Source: the human T2T-CHM13v2.0 reference genome, Homo sapiens
Direction: 5' to 3' (one strand)
Length of the DNA: 64,000 nucleotides
Assembly: GCF_009914755.1 (NCBI RefSeq)
Contig: NC_060928.1
The notes beneath the pieces are model-generated. The model had not been told where the DNA came from, did not search any database, and worked only from the letters and a program-made list of their open reading frames with translations. The position numbers and the translations under genes are program-made. Below are positions 52,684-64,000 of the stretch, piece by piece; the stretch's first letter is position 1, and every line of letters begins with the position of its first letter.

Positions 52684-52899
52684 CCTTTCACTAGCAGTGC
52701 TATTTTGTGCTAAACATGTGTTTAATTCTTCAAATTTACCTCCAAACAACAACTATTTTCCCTAGTTTAGAAGATATGTCTCTTATTACAAAAAGCTGAT
52801 TATTCAGAACATTATATTTATTTACTGAAGTAGCTTCCTTTAGTTCTTAGACTATAAGTTGGATATCTAAGGATACTGTATTAACTGTTAGGCAGTTTT

Positions 52900-53260
52900 C
52901 AGCAGCAATCTCCAATAAGACAGTCACTAGATATACATGGCAATATATAGGCAAATTGATTTAACTGAAAGTAAAATTTCAGTCCCACTACCCACATGTC
53001 TAGTCTCAATAGCTATCTATGTCTGCCTATCATATTGGAAAGCACAGCTATTGAATAGTTTCATCATTGCAGAAAGTTCTATTGGTTAGTGCTATTCTAG
53101 TGCCTCAGTATTCAAAGCGTGTTCCACGGACGGGCAGTGTCAACATCATGTGGGAATTTCTTAGAGAAATAGACATGTAGACACCATCCCAAACTTACTG
53201 AATCATGATCTGCACTTTTTACACGATATCTAGGATTGCATATGTAGATACATCAGTGCT
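52900..53260. mobile_element. Adjacent MER33-like and MER5A-like hAT-Charlie remnants
   Basis: CATATTGGAAAGCACAG...TCATCATTGCAGAAAGTTCTATTGG (MER3/33-like), then TTCAAAGCGTGTTCCACGGAC...CTTACTGAATCATGATCTGCACTTT (MER5-like). Confidence 0.6.
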
Positions 53261-56200
53261 ATAAAGAGGTCATTTTTGAGTTTTTTTATTATTTATTATT
53301 TTTAGTATTATTTGAATATTAACTTCGTTGAAGATGCATAATGTTAAAATGTGCCTAATTTTTGAGATGTATACCCCTAGAGATCAGGACTCTATTTCAG
53401 ATTTTCTTTTTATTCAATGCTAGAACCACAATTAAGTCCTTATAAGTTTATTTTAATAGTTTAATAGCAATAATTATTCTACATTTACAATTTTCCCAGT
53501 TGTATAATTAAATAAGTTAACCATTTGCTATAATTGTTTGAACACAAGCTTCTTTTAAACTCTGAAACCATGCTTATCTTGTTGGGATTCTCAGAAAAAA
53601 AAAAAAAAGAATGCAGCAAAAGAAAATCACAAGCAAAATCCTGCTCATCATGAGGGACCACATTTTGGAATAATAAAAATATTTTTCCCAACATGAAGGG
53701 GTCAACCCCTTGCAAAATTCTACTGAATGAGTAGAACTACATATCTACACTTGTAACAAACTTAATGGGGGTAATCTAATAAAGCAAAGATAATAAATAA
53801 CATGTACCCGCATTGTGTATACCAACTTAAAGATATTTGATATATTATACAATCATTAAAACAATTCAGTTCCCCAAGTTGCAAAGCTGCTCACTGTAGA
53901 TACTTTCGAAACTGAGAAAATCTTGTTTCACATATATTGTATGACATCTCATGAATTATTTCATTAATAGTAAATTGTGTTTGTGACAATGAAAAGTATT
54001 AACATGTCAAATATCATAATTAGTACTGTGAGTCTTGTTAGGTAGACTATTTGACTATAATTATGTTCTGCATACTTTTTCTTGAAGGTAACCATTTCTT
54101 TACAAAACTGCCAAGATTCTGGGATAAGCAGTTCTTGTAAAGATGTGTAGGGCTTAGTTCAGGCTCTGAAGATAATTAGAAAGTTTCACAAATGGGCTGG
54201 CCCTGAATTCCAACTCTTGAGATAAACCAGGGATCCAAATAAAATAAGATAATCTGGCTCAAGTTTTATAAAATCATGCCAAAATTCCATCTTTAAGTTT
54301 TTTGAAAAATATACTTTGTGGTGGCCAAACAGAAAATAATCACATTATTTTATGAGGAGGACTATCACCCATGTCTTTCTCTGAAGTGAGATTAATTTTC
54401 TTTTTCTTCTGGCTTGGCCTTTTCAGTTCAAGAATTACAGTTTACCAACCTAACAAGTGAAGAAGTTGTTTGCAATGAAGTAAAAATTTTCAAACTTCTA
54501 AGTTCATAGACCGTCATAAAGATCATTCCCCTCGCTCATCCTTATCAGAGACCTTTCCCCTCTTGCTATATTTGATATTACTTTTCAAAGCTGAAAGGCA
54601 GGATATTAAAAAAATATATATATGTCATAGAAACTCAAACTCTTCAACTGGTTCCCAAGCGGTCTGCTGCACTAACATTTTACTACAAATGTATTACTTT
54701 ATCTGAAATCATATCATCTCCAAATATTAATTTCTAAGTTGTGAAGTCTTGGAGTAATTTTTATAAACATGAAAATATATGAATCTTTTTATCAGATTAT
54801 TTACCTCCAGCTGTGATGGGTTGCATGCATTTTGAGGAATGTCACTGGGAATAAAAAGGAAAGGATAATGCTGAAGCACTACCTATGGATGACAGGTTTA
54901 GTCAGGGCGCCAAGTAAACAATCTGAGCTTCCTGGAGCTCCAACATGTCCTAGGTGGAAAGCAAAGTAATAGAGAAAGAAGGTAAAAGAAGAGACTCAAA
55001 TTTTATCTATGTGCTATTTTGCCCAGGACTATTATATTGGGAGACTATTAGTTGTAGAAGAGCTTTCTAACTCAGTCAAGAACCCTATATTTAAAGTCTG
55101 AAGCTCAGTGAATTTTAAAGACTAATACAAAAGTCATACCAAGCAAAGTACACAAAGCAACACAAACTTTCCATATATGAATAAAGATGATTTAAATAAT
55201 CACGCCATTTTTTCTATATTTTTAATATTTATGAGGAAGTAATTTTTGGTCTGAATTATCCTTTAATTTTTTTCTTTTTAAAAACTTTTTCCCTTGTCAC
55301 AGGTGTTGAAAATAATTTTTTCAATATCCACTTTACTATCACACAGTTTATGGTGAGGGTAATAGCTGGATTATAATTTACATATTTTTAATTTTGTTAG
55401 TTATCTTGTATAATTAAGTAAATCATTTGCCATAGTTGTTTATACTGCTGGTTCAGGAAAACAGTTTTTCTAAAATCATAGAATAAATGCATAGAGAATA
55501 ACATAGTTGAATAAACATATGAAAAGCCAAAATGATAGTGATGTAAATTCTGAGTGAAAATAAAATTGTCCATAAAACAAATTATTAATAACATAGCATT
55601 TGCAGGAATCACAAGAATTTATCTAGATAAAAATTAACTACAAAAAAGATTAACTTAAGACTATGTAGAAAAATTCCTGTAAAACCTTGCATTTAAAAAA
55701 ACGAAGTCTTTTTCTGTATCTTTATGATATGTTGCATCTATATGATGAAAACTATCTTTTGTAAAAGTTAATAGCAACAGTTTTTAAAAACAAGAGTATT
55801 TTTACAAGTATTTCCAGAGTAATATCATATCCATTTGAAAATTAATAGACAATTATAAACATTTATTTTATGTTCAAATTCACTCTAGTTATTAAATCCT
55901 CCTAGGAATCCTTATAAAATAGATGTGTAGAAGTACATTAAATCATTTCTAATTAACACGGTACTTATATGCTTATATCACCATTTTTTAAAGGTCTTAT
56001 ATTTCTAGGCTACTAAAACTTGGCTAGCTAACATTATGTTTCTTGGATTCCAAAACTATATCCTAGGGAACAAATAACATTTTAATTTCTACATTTTCTC
56101 ACAACTCTACAAATACCTGACTTAGTTGCATAATTCAGTGATCCAGTAGATTGTATAAATCCACTTCTAAATTTGAACTGTAAGATTTTGACAAATGTTC

Positions 56201-56599
56201 AAAAACTGAGAATTTAAATAGAATTATTTAAATTATATTTTGCATAGGTACTAGTAAAATACAATGTTCATTTTATGCATATTTTAGTCAAATATTTTAA
56301 ACGTAGTATTTTACTCAAAACTACATGTACTGTATTAATGAACTGTTAAGGGATTTTCAAGGATAATTTCACTGGACCCTATTTTGGTTTTGCACGTGAC
56401 TTTAGAATCTACTTTTGGTGGAAGATATGTTATTTCACATGACTGATTATCTGTAGAGGACTTTATTCCAGAGAAGGTAGATACTTAGAAATTAAGTCTA
56501 TCAATTTTTTCTCCCCTTCTCTCAAATAGTAGAGAATTCTGAATTTAATAGTACAACATTCTGATTAATAAAGAGAAACAAAATGTCAAGGCTTCCTCT

Positions 56600-57115
56600 T
56601 GATTTGGGTACTCTGTTGGAGATCAAAAGTTTTTAAATATGGAGAGATTTAATATAGGAAATTTGTTAACCAGTTGTTGGAGGGTTTGGGAGCAAAGGGA
56701 AGCACTGAAGCAAACCACATGAAGTAAGAGCAGGAAGTAGCTCTCACCCCCAGGACTGGGAAAGAAAGGGAAGATAATAGAGTAACCAGAACCCAGTAGC
56801 AGACCTCTGAGTAGTGGGCACTGCCTGGCTGCAGCTGATACCTCTGAGCAGGAAAAGTGAAGCGGAAAAGGCTGAATGCTGAAATCAACTGTCACTGCTG
56901 GGGTGCTGCTGACAGGCACTACAAGCAAACAGGAGTAAAAAAGTCCCTTCCCCTCTCCTCCTATCTCCTAATCGCCCTCTAGTTCCTCCTATTGGTGGAA
57001 CTTAAAGTGATGCCACTGGTAAAGAAGTCCTTGAAGTGTAATTTGCAGAGTTGTGGTTCCAGCTTTACAGAGCACACTATATAAAAGGATAGATTGGGAA
57101 CTGAATGACAAAGTT
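56600..57115 (-). mobile_element. LTR33-like ERVL LTR
   Basis: GAGAGATTTAATATAGGAAATT...CAGGAAGTAGCT...CCCCAGGACTGG...CCTCCTATTGGTGGAAC...TGTAATTTGCAGAG. Confidence 0.6.
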
Positions 57116-57746
57116 GAAAAAACAGCACAATTACAAAGCAGTCATTGACAATGCTTGTTTATTACATTATTTGATTATGCATATCAAAATTCATTTGGGT
57201 CTCATTACAAATAGTATTTACAACAAACTATTCAATACTAATAAAACATATTTCTGCTATAAAGCTACATCTCATTGGTGCTTAAGTTCATAGATTTAAA
57301 ACTTCTATATATTTTCATATTTAACTCTACATTTTATTAAAAGTTTTTGAAATGGAAAATTCTGGAGATGATGTTGTGTAGAAGAAATAACTTAAGATTT
57401 TGCATCTGAATAACTAGTTTTCAATCCACTTTTTGATTACTAACTAATTGATTTTGGGCGAATCTCTTAAAAACTGCCTGAACCTCATATTTCTCATTGT
57501 GGGGTCTTATTTGATTATTTCTAAAGTCATTTCAAGATCTAGGGATTAGAAGGTATTTCATTCAATGAATTATAGAACAATCCAATACATTTTGCTATTA
57601 ATATTTTCTGAATGGGGTGATATGGTGTGGAATTTACATCCATGACCTTAACATAAAATAATGATGCTATAAAGAACATGCAGAAATGATTTGATTAACC
57701 TATTTCTTCCAAGCACATAGCTGTCTTGGTACATAAAACTAAAAGA

Positions 57747-57888
57747 GGCCAGGTGCAGTGGCTCAGTCCTGTAATCCCAGCACTTTAGGAGGCTGAGACA
57801 GAAAGATCGCTTGAGAACAAGAGTTCGAGACCAGCCTGGGCAACACAGCGGGACTCCATCTGTACAAAAATAAATACATTATTTAAAT
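57747..57888 (+). mobile_element. FLAM_C / free left Alu monomer
   Basis: Single left monomer GGCCAGGTGCAGTGGCTCA...GATCGCTTGAG...GACCAGCCTGGGCAACACAGCGGGACTCCATCT followed by an A-rich tail; no right arm. Confidence 0.85.
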
Positions 57889-58439
57889 TAAATTACAAGA
57901 AAAAATTCTCTGTAGTGATAGCACTTTGTTGAAAAAAGTGCTCAATTGTAACAGAACTGGGTCTTTGTTTTGTACGACATTGCTGCATTATTGCTAAAGT
58001 AGGAGTAAATGCAATTTAATTTGCCCCAAATCAGAAGGCAATTGTGAATTATTGTCTTAATCGTGCTTTTCTTTGTAAATGTTATAATTTGGAAGGGAAA
58101 ATACAAAGTACTATAATATTTTAAAACTCAATAATTTGAAACTACTGAATAATCAATCTAGCATATATAGACTTTGAGATGCGGAAGAATGTAATATTTA
58201 GAAATCTTTCCATTATTCTGACATACGAAAATTAGAATGAAGGTGACATTAGCAAAAATATTGGTTTTTAAAACAGGATTAAAATTTACTAAAGGAATAA
58301 ATAAATGGAAAGGACTGACTAGGCAAACACGGAAAAGAAAATCCTTGGGTGTTGATGCTGACCCCAAGCAACTAGGATTCTGGAATTTATTAAAAGGAAT
58401 AATTCATGAAGCATTTGGAAGTAATCTCTCTGCCATATT

Positions 58440-58738
58440 ATGCATTCATGAGCTATTTGTTAGGATATTGTGGCTACTTTTGGTCACTGTGCTTTTTAAA
58501 AGATGTGGACAAACCAGAAAAAATCAGGGAAGAATGAGAAAAATGAATAATGTTTAGAAAATAGTGACCTTAGGAAAGGTTTAAAGAACCTTGTTGTTTA
58601 TAGCAGAGAAGAAAAGCCCACGGAGCGGTCTGATGGTTTTTGTTAAATAACTGAAGTATTTTCATAAGATTATAAATAATCAGTATATTTTCTCCACACT
58701 ACTGTTACCTAGAACAAAAGGAAGTTTAATTAAACAAC
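58440..58738 (+). mobile_element. L3/CR1 RT C-terminal remnant
   Basis: GGATATTGTG...TTTTGGTCAC...AAAAGATGTGGACAAACCAGAA...GAAAGGTTTAAAGAAC...TTGTTTA...AGAAGAAAAG...AAATAACTGAAG resembles CR1 'YCVQFWSP.FKKD.DKLE...ERLKELGLFSLEKR...KYLK'. Confidence 0.6.
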
Positions 58739-59830
58739 GTGTGTGTGTGTGTGTGTATATATAACACGCATACCATATATTAAACTTGTTTTTGTTTTTT
58801 CCTTTCTTTGACCTAATGATGGAAGTGCTAGAACCTTATTTCAGTAATTCTTAGGAGGATAAATCTCCCTTGAGATCTGAAAATAGGTCCCTCTCTTTTT
58901 CTGAACATAATAGCGTCCTTGGTGTAGGAAAGGAGCTATACAAGCATCTTCGAGGTTTTAGATGGTATAGGCTCAGGACATTTAGTCAAACAATCTTTAG
59001 GAGGGTAGGAGGGTGAATTTGACAGGAGGGGTATATAGGGCTTTTTGAGTTTTTAGAGTTATAAAGTGAAGTTATACCTCTAGGCATCCAGGTACCACTC
59101 CAGAGCTACAAAGACAATTGCTGTGAAAATTTTGAAACAGTACTCTCAGAGACTGAGAGATGGCTGAATATAGCTGAGAGAGATGAGCACAGGTAGCTGG
59201 ATTATGTGAATCCCAGAAGTTGAGATCCTTGTTTCATTTTAATTCTGAGACTAGAATGCTTTGGAGATTCATGGAGTCAATCACCTAGCTGACTGTGGAG
59301 GACCAGTTGTCAACAGGGACACCATGTGGTAGGGAGAAGCAATGGCAGTAGAGAATAGTGAGAAATCAAGCTGTCCCATTTGAGTAGGGAGAGGTGAAAG
59401 CGCAGAAAGAATCCAGCTTTCCTCCTAATATGGACATTTGAGACTCTAATAGAGGCGTGATTGAATGTACAACCCAAGTTAGAAGAGTAGCTTTTCAGAA
59501 GAACAGCTATATTAAGAAAATATTCTTTTACAATGAAAGAAATAACAAAAATGTGTTAAGTAAAGATAAGGGGGAACATTTAATTATTTACAAATGTCAT
59601 TTGCTCCTGGAAGTTGTTCCTGATATGTCTAAATGAGATAAAATCATTCAATTTTTAACTTTCATGACACCATGAACTTTTGCTTGGAATTCACCAAAAT
59701 TGAAATTTTGTATTTATTACTGTTTTGTTGACAAGTCTGCCCTCCTCTCCCCAGAATATACATTTCACAAGTGCAGGTACGTGCTTACCTCTCACCTCTG
59801 TATCTTCAACATAGGATCACCATGTATCAT

Positions 59831-60135
59831 TGGTATAGTTTGGCTGTGTCCCCACCCAAATCTCATCAACAATTGTAATCCAAATTGTAGTCCCCATGTG
59901 TTGAGGGAGGAAACTGGTGGGAGGTGATTGGATCATGGGGATGGTTTCCCCTGTGCTCTTCTCTCTTTCCTGCTGTCATGTTAAGATGTGCCTTGCTTCT
60001 CCATTCACCTTAAACAATGATTGTAAGTTTTCTGTGGCCTCTCCAGCCATAAAGAACTGTGAGTCAATTAAACTTTTGTGTATAATCACCCAGTCTCAGG
60101 TATTCTTCATAGCAGTGTGAGAACGGACTAATACC
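59831..60135 (+). mobile_element. THE1D-like solo LTR with internal deletion, inside an L2 fragment
   Basis: TGGTATAGTTTGGCTGTGTCCCCACCCAAATCTCATC...GCAGTGTGAGAACGGACTAATAC; near-TSD ATCAT / CTCAT; the central part seen in the 2282 copy is missing. Confidence 0.88.
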
Positions 60136-60229
60136 CTCATCGACCTCTATCACAATGATACATAACATTCATTCAATACAACACTTGGTAAAAAGCACAC
60201 ACTCAAATATTTAGGGATTAAATGTCATT

Positions 60230-61595
60230 CTTTAATAGTCTAACAATTGAACACATTATTTAAAAACCTTCTCACAATTATGAAAATCCTAGACTCAGAT
60301 AGAATCATTGATGCATCTTTGCAAACATAAAAAGAATAAATGCAAATAAGAAATAACATAAATCAGACATCAATTCTTTCAGGAAGTTGAAAACAGTGAA
60401 TAGTCTCTAGTTCTTTTTATGAGATTAGCACCCAAATCTTAACTCCAAAACCTAAAAAAGAAATTACAAGAAAGGTAAATTACTGACCAATCATGAGCAT
60501 AGACGCAAATATCTTTAATAAAATCCTTAATAAAATATGAGCATTTAAAGTTTAGCGTTTGTCTACATATATAAAATATCAGATGGGATTTTTCCCGTAT
60601 TCAAATTTAGTTTAGCATTGAAAAATCAATCAGTAAAATTGATCATACCAAAGAAAAAAGAAGAAAGGGGAGAAAAGTGCATGATTATTTTGATGTATTT
60701 AGAAAAATCATTTGACAAAATTCAACATTTATCTATGATAAAACTCCAAAAATACTAGGAATAGGGGAAACATATTAACCTACACATAATCTATAAGAAT
60801 ATCTATAAAAAACCTAGTGCAGAAATCTTATACAATGGGGAAATATTGAAAAATGATCTCTTGAAATTAGGAATTAGAAAAAGATGTTCACTATTAATAT
60901 TGCATTCAATATTGTATTGCAAATCTAGCCAGTAAAATAAGGCAAGAAAAAAGACATAATTAGAAAAAAAGAAATAAAACCATCATTATTCACAGGCCTA
61001 ATGATCATGTGCCTAGAAAATGTAAACAACTTGCAAATAATCAGAATTAATAAGTAAATTTAGCAAAATTATTGGGTATATGTTCAATTCACAAACATTT
61101 CATTCCAGTAACAAAACAACAAAAAAGTGAAATGAAAAATTGATATCATTACATTAACATCAACAAACATCAAATATCAAGGAAAAAATATATCAAAATA
61201 TGTTCAAAATCTTTATACTAGGAGTTAAAATTCTCATTAAGTTTAAAGAAGACTAAATAAATGCAGAGATGATTCATGATTATTGGAAGGTATGATATTG
61301 GGAGGCATAATATAAAGATGTCAATTTTCTCCAGACAATGTGTAGATTCAATGCAATCATAACCAAAATCCCAGCAGATTTTTTTAAAAATCAAAATTGA
61401 TAAACTTATTAGAGAAGACCAATATTGGCAATACAATATTAAGGGAGGAAAACAATCCTAGACCCTATCAAATATCAAGACCAATTCTAAGGCTATAGTA
61501 ATTAAAACAATTTGATATTTGTGCAAGAATAGACAAGTTGAACAATGGAACAACATAAAAAGCCCAGAACTGTCCCCCACATACAGTCATCTGAT
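60230..61595 (+). mobile_element. Old L1M ORF2 remnant
   Basis: A-rich sense ORF2-like sequence: CCAAAACCTAAAAAAGAAATTACAAGAAAGG.AAATTAC, AGAAAAATCATTTGACAAAATTCAACA, TAGATTCAATGCAATC, GAACAATGGAACAAC...AAGCCCAGAA. Confidence 0.82.
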
Positions 61596-62028
61596 AGTGG
61601 TGGGTGCTTTGAGCTATGAGAAGCCCGTATCTCCCTTAATACATGAAGGACTTATTGTCTCAGATGCTGGAAATGCTACTGGAAGATGATTCTCAACTGT
61701 CAGCCCTCTATGGGAACTGTCTCAGCTGAAGAAAATTGGCTCACTCAAGATTACACTTACTTCCAGGGTTAGCCTGCATCCAACATAGGGATGTAAAGAC
61801 CAAGTCCCTTCTCCTCAACTCAGGACGACTTCAGAAGGTCATCCCAGCTCCATATCTCTCCATGGAATCCACAGAAGCTTTTATTGGGACAGCATTTTCC
61901 TTCTCTGAAATTCTGTTTCTTTTATAACTCTTCTACAGTTGTGAAATCCTAAGAGCAATTCTTAACAAACGTCTGGCAATCTAATCTTCTTCTCAGAGGC
62001 TGATTCACATGGAAGCCAGATTGCAGCA
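61596..62028 (+). mobile_element. LTR16-family 5' LTR
   Basis: CTCAACTGTCAGCCCTC...TCTCAGCTGAAGA...CCTGCATCCAA...CAACTCAGGACGACTTC.GAAGGTCATCCCAGCTCC...CTAATCTTCTTCTCAGAG...GCA. Confidence 0.75.

Positions 62029-64000
<1,972 letters not shown>

Overview
This is AT-rich, repeat-dense primate genomic DNA, most likely human or great ape given the AluY and L1PA2-type elements, and it looks intergenic or deep-intronic. I find no supportable protein-coding gene, RNA gene, CpG island or prokaryote-type system. The longer ORFs in the track are decayed pieces of transposable elements: L1 ORF2, a MaLR gag-like ORF, and Alu- or microsatellite-derived frames. The window is a layered record of insertions. 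Ancient layers include L2, L3/CR1, MIR, hAT and Tigger DNA transposons, MLT1, LTR16/HERV16 and LTR33. Younger primate layers include THE1, MST, MER57, AluJ/S/Y, a 5'-inverted L1PA7-like element and a tiny L1PA2-type insertion. The most informative details seen directly are: (i) a ~180-bp L1PA2-type insertion with an 18-bp TSD and a double poly(A) enclosing a 22-nt probable 3' transduction; (ii) an exact 30-bp local copy inserted into an old MLT1 LTR; (iii) a twin-primed L1; (iv) three same-strand ERVL/HERV16-type proviral remnants; and (v) candidate minus-strand non-coding exons. Repeat family names come from my recall of consensus sequences, not from a database search, so subfamily calls need RepeatMasker/Dfam confirmation. 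I did not find a convincing novel biological system.
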